From Trichoplax sp. H2 (taxonomy: Eukaryota), in assembly GCA_003344405.1 (NCBI GenBank), contig NOWV01000260.1:1-64000 (forward strand): a stretch of DNA of 64,000 nucleotides, given 5' to 3'. Shown in pieces: positions 13,601 through 35,128 of this stretch. The position numbers were made by a program, and so were the translations under genes. The stretch's first letter is position 1. Every line of letters starts with the position of its first letter. The notes under the pieces are model-generated. The model was not told where the DNA came from, ran no database searches, and worked only from the letters and a program-made list of their open reading frames with translations.

Positions 13601-14657
13601 ATTGCTCTGTGCTGATAGCAAATTATTTGTATTCATTAATGAGGTAGACGTGGAAGTGAGGCGCAGTATGAAGGAAGATTTGCTGAGGAGGTTGATCGTC
13701 GATAGTGGTAATAGCTTCGAAGACAGTATTTTTCCCGTTATTAGAAATCCAGCCATAGATACGTTGATAACAGACAATTTGCAAAACACCAATCTTATGA
13801 ATTTCGTCTCCAAACCCTCCAACACGGAATTAGACTATAACAATCCAAGCGAAATACCAGCCAATATTGGTAAATATGAAATCCTAACTAGCATTTACCA
13901 TATTGCAAATATATTTAGTACTCTTCTCAATGTAATCGTTCCGCTGTCTTCAGATAAACTGTTTGAATGTATGAATAAACTAGAATGCTTGATTCAGACT
14001 CAGGTATGACAATGTTGATCTGTACATATTACTATGAGCACACCATATATAGTTGTTATCCTTGCTGTACAATTAATTAAATTAATGTTTACGTATATGA
14101 ATAAATATATTTGTTAACATTTTGTGGTACACAGTAAGGTTATTGATATATTTAAAATAGGCTGGCGAAGTTTCTCGTATAGCCGAAGAAGTTATTCATC
14201 TGAGGTAAATAGTATTTGCATGCAGTCATATATCTGCAACTGGTTCTTTATATCGTAATTAATATTCTCTAAAGACCTATTTAAAATATTTAATTTGCTA
14301 GTAAGTTTATAACAGAAAAGCCTAACAAAGTAGAATTGAATGCGTCAGGTAACTAACATTTATTTACTCTTCAACAGATGGACTTGTTATCCTTTTGATT
14401 TTAATACTTGATTATGCATGTGTTTGCTAGTGATACAAGTAACACTCCAGACGAATGGGAATGACGTGAGCAAGAATTTTTTACTCAATGATGGCATGTT
14501 GAATGTGGCAGTTGTAGAGAAAGCTTTTGGTATCACTAACATGGAAATCTTAATTGGCAATAAATGGTGCATTGTTTCACCTACGCCTGATGGCTACATA
14601 CCTATAAAATATTCATCTAATAGTGCAATTACTATTACTGGATTCATGGAGCACTAA
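10659..14657 (+). CDS. WDCP: WD repeat and coiled-coil containing protein (C2orf44 homologue), about 15 exons
   Basis: Exons give IDLGQAQLRRVNVNYLRQAYSNRCGVVWFDG, VQGCFWHP, SAELPLEKLC, IDLTHLR...NPLLFLKRK, GFITPDIL, RAKGICFIRENIGLLLIG and a last exon FLLNDGMLNVAVVEKAFGITNMEILIGNKWCIVSPTPDGYIPI. These are collinear with remembered human WDCP motifs (MELGKGKLLRTGLNALHQ, QGCVWHP, ATELPLDKIC, RPKGICFL, LCDGKLRL...FGL...EGFIPL). The start may be Met 10659, 10668 or 10677. Confidence 0.88.
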
Positions 14658-15075
14658 TAAGTAGTGAATCCTGATTACTACGAAATGATATACACGTATA
14701 AACGATGTGTAAAAATATTACATTGAAGGAATATTTTTATTGCTTAAGTTTAATAATTATTAATAAAAGCACTACCAATGTAAATAGCGGACGTTTAGTT
14801 TGATGATGTAGAAAGTCGTTTTGTTATATCAATGGAAATTAGGATTACAACCGAAATAAAAAAACGGATTTTATTTAAGCTAACATGAAGTAAAGGCAAT
14901 AGTAATGAGGAAGCACAATTTAAGCAATTCAATACGGCACCAGGAGCTTGCCGATTCGATTACTATATTAGTTTTTCAAAATTATTCTGCCAATGCAAAA
15001 TAACCGATGTTAGTCGACTTTGCTATAAATTCTTGCTATAAGAAATGGACGCTATTAAAATCTAAAAGAGTTAAA

Positions 15076-17282
<2,207 letters not shown>

Positions 17283-17309
17283 AGTGGATTGCCTCTGTTG
17301 ATGGAATCA

Positions 17310-18060
17310 GCTATTTCGTTGACAGTAATGAGTGTAGACTTTTCGACTTTAGCCAATAGTAACTGCTTCTCGATTACAAATAGACTGCCTGTATCCAGTA
17401 TTGCTTTATTGCTTTTTATACTGTAGATGTCTGTATCGATTGGATAGGATTTGGATTCAGGATTATGGTACTAAAGCTTTTCTGTTGTCGCTAATTTCGA
17501 TGCTGTTCTATCGACGTCTGTAGTAGAATAGTACTGAAAATGGACTGTAACCAGCTACTGTAGTTGGCACCAATCGGTAGCTGGGTGGCCTTGGTGTACA
17601 GTACCGTAAGGTACTGTATTAAAGATTGCAGGACTAACTGGACGGGAGAATTTGCTGGTGCAGCAATGGCATGAATTGGATAGCTTAGCTCTATTTCCGA
17701 TCATCTATTTCGTTGACAGCAAGGATTGTAGACTTTTGGAAGCTAGCCAATAGTGACTGTTTCTCGATTATAAATTAACTGTCTATATCCAGTAGTACTT
17801 TTGTCGTCTGTTGTACGATAGATGTCTATCTTGATTATACTGTATAGGGTTCTGATTCGTGGTTATGAAAATAAAGCTTTTCTTTTGCCACTAATTGCAA
17901 TGATGTATCTGTCCTATTGATGGCTGTACTAGAGTCTAGAGTAACACTGAAAATGGACTGAAACTGCAATCTGTAGTCAGGTTGCTGGCCAATTTCCTTT
18001 GCGTACAGCACAGTATTTAAAAATTGAACTATCCACCTGAATTTGCAGGTGCTGCAATGT
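17310..18060. repeat. Diverged ~390-bp tandem duplication of the region just upstream of SDR copy 1
   Basis: CTATTTCGTTGACAG...TGTAGACTTTT...AGCCAATAGT.ACTG.TTCTCGATTA...AAAGCTTTTCT...ACTGAAAATGGACTG...GAATTTGC.GGTGC.GCAATG occurs at ~17311 and again at ~17705. Confidence 0.85.
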
Positions 18061-18855
18061 CTTGGACGTCGAGATGTCTAGAAGCCCATGGCAATATAAA
18101 ATCAACAGTTTGGCTAGCTAATTTGATAAAATTTAGGCAAAATAGCGTTAAAGTACGATTCCAATGGCATAAACTTGATTTGTTATTGTGGTTAGTAAAC
18201 CCAAAAAATATTAAATAAATTTACATAGACCTTAAGATACCGAATCCCCATAAGATTTTTCATCGCTGCAAGCAGCATATACAACTCGTATTTGCTTAAT
18301 TAGGTAGTAAATAGCGTGATTATCATGATTTTTATTGCCTTGCCCCGATGAAGGCTAATTCTTCTAAGAGAATGGGCATTAGCTCTCAGCATTGAGTAAT
18401 AACGCACTATTAAATTGTAACAATTTAAGCGGCATGCACTAGTAGTAGACTATTAGATGCCGAGATCGAACACGTATTCCTCTTAACCTAATTAAAATCG
18501 TAGATTGAGCTGAAGGACGCAGAAAAATCAGTCAGGTTTAAAGAAATTGCACGCGTATACGCAAAATTGCAATAGGACAGATACATCGAAGGTCAGAGTA
18601 CTTGAATGATACAGCAGAGACAAATTGATTCATTTCTATAGTTTAATATTTGACTTTGGATTAATCTAATCCAAATATATTCGAAATAAAAATTTCATCA
18701 TCAACTAGTTTGAAATCAAAATAGTAGTACTACTAAACTTATTCAACTACGCAAGATTTCTACCAACGCAAAAGTAATCAATCCATATCAGTTGATTTTA
18801 CGGCTAAAATCTTTTTGGAAGATGAAACACATATCATGAATATCTAAGAATTAAA

Positions 18856-21277
<2,422 letters not shown>

Positions 21278-22812
21278 CGCTTTTTTTTCGAGCAGTACTT
21301 GTATGGTTGATTGCTTTCCAAAGATTGTCAACAGCTTCTTGATTACAAATCGATTAGTGGTAGCAACACAGCAACTTTGATGGTTGCTTCTTTTCTAGAA
21401 GTGGATGATAGATATTTGCATATTACACTGTTATGTATGAAATATCCATATTGTTAGGTGTACGTTCAATGCATTGCCTCCAATGGAGTACAATACCTCT
21501 ACCCAAAATCTCCATTGCGCTACTGTATGCTATATTTGTGGAGGATAGTGCTTTGTATCATTTTGGACCAATTTGATTTTTTAATGACTTGCTAATTAAC
21601 CATTATGCCTGTAGTTATACTGTAATTGATAATTAAGAGACTTGTATAGTTACGATAAATTCATCTTCAAGGTAAATGGAAGCTTCTCATGATTCGGATC
21701 TTCTTGAGGTATCTAGTACATAGTCCATACTGGAGTAACTCACCATAATAACGATAGAAATGGTGATCGCTTCGGTAAAGTCTCATCGTTTACTGTAGAA
21801 TTGAGTTAAATTGTCATATCGAGTATCATCTTCATGTATATGTAGGCACTTAGAGAAGCTTTCGTTGATTTTATCCCATGCAAACCACCCTTATCATAGT
21901 ACAGTAGTGTACGAGATTTGTTATAAGAGTAAAAGTAAAGTGGCCATACTTGCATGCGGAGAAGCGGTCAGGATCAGTCCGATTGATCAAGCAGTAAAAA
22001 CACGAATTGCTATACAAAGCACAAAAAGTGCCATGCTGATGGGTAATTAGAATAAAATTCGTAGCAGTAAAATAAAAATTACTACATAGAAGTTTGAGAC
22101 CAGTTGTCGTCTATGACTCAGCTTATCATAACTTTCGTTAATAATGTGCTTCCATACTTGCAAATTATACTTTTACCGCTACATTTATTATTTTAATAAT
22201 TGTCTAATCAACCAATGTCAATAGTGGCTATCATACAAAGATGCTACCTCCAAGTATCAATACAACTATCATCAATTGATCTCAAAGGACATTTATTAAA
22301 TAGCTTTTATTATACCAATTAACTGGAAACGATACTATCAGAACCAAGGAATACTGTGATTTGTTATATTATTATTTAATAGGATAAGAGACTATGTCGT
22401 AATAGCACTATATTATAAAATATATGATATAAAAAGTGATCGTTGAACTGAAGGATACAGAAAATTGTCTACGTTATAAGAAGGTTAATTGGGATGGATC
22501 TCTAGTGGAAAATAAATTCTAATGCCACAGTCGAAACTAAATTCTCCATTTCATCGATATGAATACTTTTATGTCAGATTAATCTCTTTCGATTAGTACT
22601 GATAATTTAAATTTCGCGTTAAACTTATGTCGAGACAAACAGTAAAAACGAAACTCTATTTAGGTGTTCAATGCAACGTCAAGAAATCGTTATTAGATTG
22701 CGATAATAGCCGACATTATACTATTCTACCAATATAAAATTGCAGCACCAGTCTATTTTATCATGGCTTATTCTTGGTAAGAAATCGAAATCATTAATAG
22801 TTAAACAACCAA

Positions 22813-25409
<2,597 letters not shown>

Positions 25410-27469
25410 TCTTAAATCCGTCGATGTTATTAGTTATTGAATTTGCAATATCGCAGTGGAAAAAATGAACAGCCCTTGGAATGATCAAATAATTTTATTT
25501 GTTTTGTCATCGTTAGTTAATAGTAATTATAATGGTTCTTAATTATCATATCAAGTAGAATTGTCATTAATATGAGTTGATGAAGTAGGATATTAGTGCC
25601 TATTGTAACATGTTTATGGAGTTTACTAATGTTTAATTATAATTTACTTTATCAAATAATTATACAAAACACATCGTTCATAAAGGGGATAATAATTAAG
25701 ATATCTGTTCATCTTGCTCCGATCAGACTGAACAAATCACAATAATGAATACCTCAGTTTGCATCGCTTCTACCAGTAATACAGAGCCTTTATGAGTTAT
25801 AGCCAAAGCTGACAGATCTGTTGGTATTATATAAATTATTGCATTTAGATGGAAATGAGAGTAACTGAATAGGAATAAAGAGCGTGTTGTACTGCAGCTT
25901 GAGAGAGTGTCAAAATTGTTTGAGTGTAGGTGCACGTATATAACGATACAACAGAAATAAGTGAACTTTATTATTTTGGTCGTGCTTTTGCAGCGAACAT
26001 CGTGAAAGTTAAGATATTGAAATCTACTGATCTTTTGTTATCTATCTCCGTTTTGTTTTGACTAGTAGCATGGTACAAATAGCGCTACAAATATCAAGCT
26101 GTCGCCTACCGACACGGAAAGTAAAAGTCAACTTAAGCCATGTACGTATAATATACCTTCATCTCGGATATCATGGCCAAAGATTATGATCTTACGTAAA
26201 GAATTACATCTATAAATGAACGGCACTGTCGATGCTAATGATGCCAACTCGTTAGCAAACTATTGCTGGAATATCAAAATACTGTCATATTATTCTGCTT
26301 ATCTTTGTCTAAAGTAATTATTTGACCTCAGTATTGTTGCAATTTATGTGTCTCTAGCGGGTATAAGTCCTTTACTGAATGTACGTATTTGTTAACAGTA
26401 AACAACTTTCTATCCAGTAAACCTGCAACGTTTACAATCTTACATATTTATTTACAGTCAGAGTTTAAAGTTCATTAGCTGGAAAATATTTGGCAGCCTC
26501 ATAGCCTATGCTATACAGTAGGTCCTGTGTCATAGGCTATTCTGTGACATGAACTACTGTCGTATCTTGTGGTCGGTGATAGTTTTATATATTGCACTGA
26601 TGGTACACTCAAACTTGATCATTTATGGTGCTGTAAACACTGACTAGACAAAATGGTAGCAGGTATCATCTTCATTCTATGCCAAGTGGATCCCTTGCTC
26701 GTTCTACTTGGCGTACATTGCACTTTGCGTTCTTACAGTTACTTCATACTGAGCATACTTAGTGTAAAAAAGACATACAGTAGCTTTGAATAGATCGAAG
26801 GTAAAAGAAGTAGCTACAGGTATAAATAGCAGCATCGTGGATTGTAAGATGCATTGTAAAGCGCATTCTGCCACTATCTAAGTGAAAAGCATACAGTCGT
26901 TTGAACATTCCTATTCACATTCTATTATCATCATCGTATGTTTTACTGTACAGTATTTTGCTATAGTATTTCTTGTACGATCTTATTTATTTTCTAAGTT
27001 AAGACCTCAAACCAAATCATGGCAATTAAACTTATTACCAATTCCTTGTAATTAAGTTGTTTTTACTCCTATAGTGCAGTTTCTCAGCTGTGCAGTGCTG
27101 TGATTCAATATTAGTAATAGGTAGTTCGTATTACGTGCTTGAAAGGCCAAGAGGGATGGGATTGACTAGTTGATTAGTAAGAAATTTAGTTGTACAATGT
27201 TCAGTACAGAGCGCAGAACAAGAAATACACATACATGCCTCACTGAAAATAACGGTCCGCCATTAAAACGATTTTTATTACTATCTATTGACATAGTACG
27301 TTCATGTTATCATGATAATCTATCTTCGGAGATATCCTTCTACGGATATATAGAAATATTTAGGGAAAATTGGGGTGGCGTTATATTAATTTCCCCTAAA
27401 TACTATACAGGAATTTCAACGGAATACAACTTTCATTTTTTAAGGAAGGCAAAACATCGAAAATAATCA

Positions 27470-27900
27470 GATTGCAGTACAGTCTAGTACAGTCCATTTC
27501 GTCCTGGACTACAGTACTTAGTACTATGCCGTACAATACTGTACAGTACTGTACTGTACTGTTACTCAAAAGTTTTGACACACGACCGTACCGTGCAAAA
27601 TCGAGCACGAATACGCGTGCGTACTGTGTGCTGCACCTCTGCCTATCAATACTTAGTAGAAGGAAGATTTTTTTTAGACGGCATATACAGTACTGACTTT
27701 AATTAATGACGTTAGTGCAGCATCTTACACTTTGAAAAATGGCATAAAATTGGAGTAATAAATAGACTGCGAGAGTGCATTATCGTTTAAGCAACTTACC
27801 CTGAGTATTGAATAACAACATGGTACAGTGTGCAGTACTGAGCTTGGACTGTACTGTACTAAGATACTGCAGGTATACTGTGGTAGTGCACTAAGGCAGT
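27470..27900. repeat. TACTGTACAG-type low-complexity island upstream of IFT88
   Basis: Clustered TACAGTAC/TACTGTAC words, e.g. 27536-27560 TACTGTACAGTACTGTACTGTACT. Same vocabulary as 170-960. Confidence 0.7.
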
Positions 27901-27959
27901 AGTCCGTGGTATAGTATTGCGCATGATGGAGAATCGCCAGTTGTGCGCGCGCGCAAGGG

Positions 27960-27973
27960 ATTACCATGGAAAC
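27960..27973 (+). promoter_or_regulatory. RFX X-box motif ATTACCATGGAAAC upstream of IFT88
   Basis: Fits the X-box consensus RTHNYY-WT-RRNRAC and lies ~200 bp upstream of the IFT88 ATG. IFT88 orthologues (e.g. C. elegans osm-5) are established RFX/DAF-19 targets. Confidence 0.72.
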
Positions 27974-28175
27974 AAACGGATTCCAAAAGGAGAAGAAAAA
28001 AGGACATCATGTAGGGTGTAAATGACTAGTCTATCTCACTAATTCTGACAGAAATCGATGACAAAACTGTTTTGTAAACGGTTGATCCAGTAATACGTAC
28101 AACGGTTGATCAATTGGTCAGTAAAATTAGCACTTAGTAACAAGTAGAACTTGATCGAAATTCGGATATTTCAAA

Positions 28176-31100
28176 ATGATGGGTGAAAGGATTCATTTAG
28201 TTGGCGAAGAGGATGACGATGAAGATCTTTACAGCGGTTATGATAATGGAAACTACATCCAAAAGGTATTAATTCAACTTGAACCAAATCTTTTTTTTAA
28301 TAGTATTACGGTGCTTACTAGCTGGAGTGAAAGAGATTTGGAAATCCGAAACTTATATCCTTACTAGAAGGAGCTCATGTAGTACAGTTTGTTTTGAAGA
28401 TCAATTCTGTTACTGGTTACATATTTAAATGTTTTTATAATGCGTATTTTCTCTCTTCCACAGTAGTATAATTTCATCTGCAATGATTATTATCATATCA
28501 CAGAACCATCTTCCTCTAAGAAATAAGTATTTAAAAATGACATTAGCTATGATAATTTACGGTAGTACTTGTACTAGTTACAAGTATACATTAAGAAAGA
28601 TATTTCATACTTTGGCTTTATTCTTAGAGTATCCAATCGGCATGAAGAAATTATATGTTATGAACTAGCACTGTATTTAGTGAAATACAGTACAAAATTG
28701 TATACGCACAATGACGATCAGATATTATACTATATTATCAAATAATAACAGCATGATAGCCCATATAAATCACCAGCAGTCGTAGATGAATAATGTGCTA
28801 TCCAATACCAATTTACTTCAAGAACAGATTATAAAGTTAGTATAAGTTAGATCATTTTAAAAACACTAAAAATATGTATGTACGCAAGACGAAGATATTA
28901 TGTATTGTATTTAATTTTAAATTAATGTATCATATAATATTACTTTTAACGTAACAGATTGCTTGTTTTGAATCTTTTTTTTTAAAATAATTAATTATCC
29001 TATAGGGTCTTGAAGACGATGCAGAATTTCAGCAGGCTGTAAAGACAAGCTATGGCCATCGCGCTGCTTCTATGACTGCTAGTAAAGGCGGCGCTAATGG
29101 CCAAGCGCGATTAGGTACCGGTGTCGCTATTGTAAGTAATTGCTTAATCTAGAATTTATTCTAAGCAAAGATATCCAATACACAGTAATAAAGCTGTAAT
29201 ACATAAAATAGGTATTGTACGGATGTCTAATAATGATATTTTTATACAGAATCAAGATCAAGCTCGTCCTATGACGGCTATTCGAGGAGCTGGATTTAAC
29301 TCTACTGGAGGAAAATGTAAATTAGTTTATATTACTATACCCTGCTACCTATGATTTAAAACTTTACTTTCGTTATGGACAATAGCGCTTACGAAACAAC
29401 ACTTATCATAAACAAATTTTCAAATTAATGTCTTCAAATGTTAAAAAATTTTATAGTACCAGGTGAAAGCGTAACACAAGCAAACCGTGGGCCAGCACCC
29501 CCCTTGGAATCGAAATATGACGATAAGTACGAATGATAATGGATATGTAGAATTTTTCATTATAATTTACTTAGCTATCAATTAGTTAATTTCTAACATG
29601 ATACTAATACAATTATAGTCCGGAAGAAAAAATACGACAGATGGAAAAGAAAGTAAATGAGTTGATTGAAGAAAGCGCCCTAGCTGGTGAAAGAGGAGAG
29701 CTACAATTAGTAAGATGTCTATAAACTGCTAACTGCTTGAAACAGAAATTTTTAATTAGGACAGTTTCAACTGATCCCTTTACCTGTTTATCTATGAAAT
29801 AATTAAATCTTTAGGCTCTAGAAAAGGCAAAAGAAGCTGGAAGAAGAGAAAGAATGATTTGTAAACAAAGAGAACAAGCAGGACTTAGTGATCAAATAAA
29901 TTTAGACTTGACCTATTCGGTTAGCAAATGATAATCTAATCTTGTATTAACGAACTGTCCGCTTCATGGTATCGTAACATATCAAATAACTTGTAGTCGT
30001 TGACAAATTCAAATCTTAAAATTGCTCTACTAGGTATTATTTGTGTTAGCGAATCAATATCAAGCCTGTGACATGTATCAAGAAGCGCTAAATTCATTTT
30101 CGGTCATAGTCAAGAATAAAATGTTTAGTAATGCAGGTATTATTAAAGTGGTACTATAAGCGTACATTTGGTAGTTTAGTCACAGTTATCGTATTTCTTA
30201 CCAAATTTTAATAAGGTAGTATTAACTTTTACTAGGACGATTACGTGTTAATATGGGCAATATCTATAGTAAGCAAGGAAAACACCAGCAGGCGATTAGA
30301 ATGTATCGGATGGCATTAGACCAAGTCCCTAACGCTAATACAACGATGAGGTCAACATTTTTGAAAACTAATTACTCAATATAACGGAAATATATTGCAG
30401 TCGTAAAGTTTTAAAAATAGTAAAATCGTAAATGAGTATCATTTAACCTAAGGATCTGTCTTTATTTTTTATTAGAATTAAGATAATGCAAAATATAGGC
30501 TCTTCTTTCGTTCGGTTGGGGCAATATGAAGACGCGGTCACAGTTTATGACCAAATTATGACCGAAAAGGGCGATTTTAAGACTGGATTAAATTTAATAG
30601 TATGCTATTATTCCATCAACGATCGCGATAAAATGAAAAAGACTTTCCAACGAATGCTAATGATAGATTTAGGCGTAGGTGATGATGAAAAGTTCATGTC
30701 CGTTAGCGTAAGTAATTATTGTAACTAAAGTCACTAACTACGTCATTTGAGCTGCTTGAAAGTAATAAGAGATTACATGTCATTCTCAAATACATTAACC
30801 CACGAAATTATTAGTATTATGAGAAATAGCTTCCTTTAATTAAAAACAGAATTAAAATTTATTAATTTTCCATTTGTTGCCATTGTAAAGTATCAGTTTT
30901 CCAACTTTCTATGCTGCTTTTTGTCTTAACTTGTTATTGTACTACATTGATGTATATTATCTAATGATAATAATTTAATGTTAAATATCAATTTCTTACT
31001 GAATAGAAAAATCATTGAAACCGAAATAGCTTTAACATAATTTTCTGTAGATATTTATCATTAAGATAAAAGATATACAGTTAAGGTTAAAAGATATTTA

Positions 31101-34100
31101 AGCAGAACTTTAAATGTAAATATAGGACGATAATGACATGAATATCTATTATGAAGCCATTAGAAATGATACACTATGGAAAGTTGAACGTGAAAGGTGT
31201 GTTGAGAACTACTATATATATATTATTTCTTACACATTTATTGCTTAAATCATCACTTTTTTAAAGTCAAAATCTATAAAATATAGCGTAATTTAACTTC
31301 CATTTGCTTAACAGAAAATCAACAGCTGAACGTTGTATCATGTATGCTGCTAAGTTGATTGCCCCAGTTATCGAACCCACTTTTGCGGCTGGATTTGATT
31401 GGTATGGAAGATAAATGAATCGATGTACTAAGACTTTTTAATCCATTTTAATTTCAAAAGCTAATATTGAATTGATGTCCCGCTGTCAAATAATAGGTGC
31501 ATTGGTTGTGTTAAATCTTCTCCTTATGTTGAGCTAGCAAATGACCTTGAAATTACAAAAGCTGTTACTTATTTAAAGATGAAAGACTTGGCAAAGGTAT
31601 AATAGGATAATACTGATAGCAATGTAAAGATGAAAAAGGATGAAAATTTAAGGTTATATATTTAATGCCTGATTCTACTGAATAGGCCACAGAAACTTTA
31701 AAATCATTCGAGAAAAAAGACTCCACCATGGCTACGGCAGCTGCCACCAATTTAGCCTTCTTATACATTCAGGTATACTTGATCCTATTATGTATATTCA
31801 TACAGTGATCATATTTAATATTTATAAAATGATATTACAACTTCGTTGATTGATATTCAATTGTTTCGTCTATAAAAAATTAATTAGGAGGGCGAATTAT
31901 CGCTTGCAGAGAAATACAGCGATTTAGCGATTACCTCTGACAGATATAATCCAAACGGTATAAAATCTTATTCAAGATAACAATCGTATGTTGTAAAATT
32001 ACGTATGGTAAATAGTACCTTCTTAGATTAGATTACTATAATTAGACATATAAGTATTAGAAAGGTTACATATATAGCTCGTGTTGTTTAATTAAAACGC
32101 TAAGTTTAGTATAAAGTATTAACTGTTGTTTTTTACTGATGAGTGTAATGTCACAGGCGTGAATAGTTGATTTAGATAAGAGGAGATCATTAATTAGATT
32201 TCTCTAAGAGTATATGTTTTCGTATTTATCAAGCTTTCGATATCTAAGATAAGACTGATATTATCGACAACGATAACGATATGTTTATGTGTCGTCAATA
32301 TTTCATATAATGAGGATCACTTTTAGAAATAAAGGTAGAGTTTTACGATCTTAGATCTCCAGATACTAATCTGATTTGAGTCTAAATTATCACGTTGTGA
32401 CAATAACATATTGAAAATTTTCCGAAATATTGATAACAAAGACAATAACAATTAATGAAGATTTTGGTTAAGAACAGAAATTTTCTAGTACAAAGAAATA
32501 ATATATCAGAACGCTAATGGGAAATTTTTACTTTTCTATCTGTAGCTATGGTAAATAAAGGCAACTGCTTATTTACGGCAAAAGAATATGAGAAAGCGCA
32601 AGAATATTACAAGGAAGCATTAAATGTGGAAGCTTCTTGTGTCGAAGCGTTATATAATTTAGGTTTAACAAAAAAAATGCTAAACTGTCCTGAAGAATCA
32701 TTGGATTGTTTTCTTAAGCTTCATGGCATTATCCGTAATGATCCAATGATATTGGTTCAAATTGCTGAACTGTGAGTTTAATGCAATTGAAACGTAAATT
32801 TTAGTAATAAAATTCTTAATTATGGTATAGCTATTAGAACTTCTATTAAATAGTAAGAATAGTATTCTGCATATCATTACTAGCTAATTTCGAATGCAAC
32901 TTAAAGTATGCTATTTCTTAAATTACAATGCTGCTGAAAAGTGACTATCGCTTTTCACTCCAAAAATTAAATCAAGAATTATATCCATTTTACCAGCAGT
33001 AAGGTCTAAACATACGTAATAAGCTTAAATACTACAGTTTCTAGAAGAGAATCTTTCAAATTTTATGTTATTATGTGATTAAATTTGCTAGACTGATAGA
33101 GTATCTGCTTGATCGATTTCAATAATATAGCAAAAACCGGTATGGCTACACTATTTTATAATAAGTTCGGAATTTAATTTCGTAGAAACGCGTTAATGTG
33201 AATGAGTAATCTACGAGTTTGTTATACTATACTAAGGGCAAGGTAATGTTAAGAACTTCAGTTCAATTAATCAATGACAGTCATAAAATTTTAGTAAATA
33301 ATAGCAGATATTTGTAGGGCAATATCTAGTATCAACATTATTATCTACCCTAATAACAGAAATTAATGTTATTCTGAATCATTGCCTAGAGATTTTTCTT
33401 GATAATCATACAAATATCAAAATTAGAATTCGAAATGATGCAAACATGAAATTTATTTATCATTATATTTAATAATAGAAGCATCAGATATGAATAAATT
33501 GATTTCAAATATTAATCTTTTAAAGTTAATTAACAACAGAAATGATTTTAAAACTTTATTTTAAAATAGATATGAGGTATTAGACGACTTTCATCAAGCT
33601 ATTGATTGGTAAGATATTGAGAATACAGTCATGAGAAAATTTTTCTTTTACTCTAGTGCTTACAATATTACTTATAAAACCTATTACAGGTATACTCAAG
33701 TTTTAACATTAGCACCTACTGATGCAAGTTTGTTAGCCAAACTCGGCGCTCTGTACGACTCGCAAGGAGACAAATCTCAAGCATTTCAATATTACTTAGA
33801 GGTACTACTAGTGGGATAAATTAAACATTTTTGGGAGTATGCTGAATATAATACGATTATTTTCTACTAGTCTTATAGATATTATCCATCAAATATTGAA
33901 ACGATTTCGTGGATTGGTAGTTATTATATAGAATCACAATTTTGTGAGAAGGCAATATCCTACTTTGATAAGGCTTCTATGATACAGTAAGATATTTAAT
34001 TGTTCAGTAACGTATTATTTGTTTGCTTGGAGCAGGTTTTGCAATATCTTCTAAATTTTGTGTAAAAGTAAACGTTCTATCTTACTAATCTAGTTAAATT

Positions 34101-35128
34101 GATTAATTTAGGCCAAATGAAGTTAAGTGGCAACTAATGGTAGCTAGTTGTTATCGAATTATCGGTGAGAATGGCCAAAATATACATTATTAATAATTTT
34201 AAATCAAAAGTTTTAAAAGTTAAAGATAAACTTAATATGGTTGCCATATTCGTTGGCGTTTTTGATTAAACTAAATTGTACTTAAATATTAAGGCTAAAA
34301 TAGAAGAAAAATAAACTATATTAATATAGAATTCTGCTATATTTTCCTTAGGTAATTATAATCGAGCATTGGATAAGTACAAACAAATACATGAAAAATT
34401 CCCGGAAAACACCGATTGTAAGTAATAATAGCTAGTTTGCGATAATATTAAACAGGAACGGCTGCATACATATGTCACGGATTTTTAGCGATGATATTAA
34501 TTGTCTATGTATTATTTAGGTCTTAAGTTCTTAGTTCGAGTATGTACAGATCTTGGCATGAAAGAAGCTCAAGAATATGCCGGTAAATTAAAGAAAGCCG
34601 AAAAAGCAAAAGAAATTAAACAGCAACGAACTAACAGTGCTAATCGAAATGGTGTTAGCAGTCGACAATCTGGCAGTGCAGGCAGTGGTATGATAATCTA
34701 CTTTCTAATTATTCTATTTCTTCCTTGCACTTGGGCTAATACATTATCGCGACTATTTCTTCTCTATGCATTATTTGTAGAGCGTGCAGGTAGTGGCAGA
34801 AATACCAGTAGGAATTCAAGTGCTAAGATTCGCGACGAACCGGATCCAATTCATCAAGAAGAAAGTAAAGAAATTGGTAATGATAACATTAGCATTAATT
34901 AAAATTGTAATACAGAAATACATAAATCATGCAGATGGTACTATATAACACCTTAGATAGCATAAAATAGAACATACTCAAGATGTTTGCTCTCCATACT
35001 TGCTGTTAGATACGACATATAATGATCCATTGGGTGATGCACCGGCTAGACCAAAAACCGCTGCCCGAAGGCGAAATGAAGATGAATTTGGCGATGAAGA
35101 GCTTGGAGATGATTTGCTACCTGAGTAG
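28176..35128 (+). CDS. IFT88: Intraflagellar transport protein 88 (TPR protein, IFT-B), about 23 exons
   Basis: N-terminal MMGERIHLVGEEDDDEDLYSGY, RPMTAIRGAGF, ALEKAKEAGRRER, INLDLTYSVLFVLANQY, NAGRLRVNMGNIY, DSQGDKSQAFQYY, PNEVKWQLMVASCY and C-terminal DPLGDAPARPKTAA...EELGDDLLPE* (TAG 35126-35128). Confidence 0.97.

Noticed and set aside
25723..26800. Exon-like segment 25752-25816 (-) and a 46-codon hydrophobic ORF near 26653 (+)
   Set aside because: Isolated, with no homology recognised and no in-phase partners. They may be UTR or chance.
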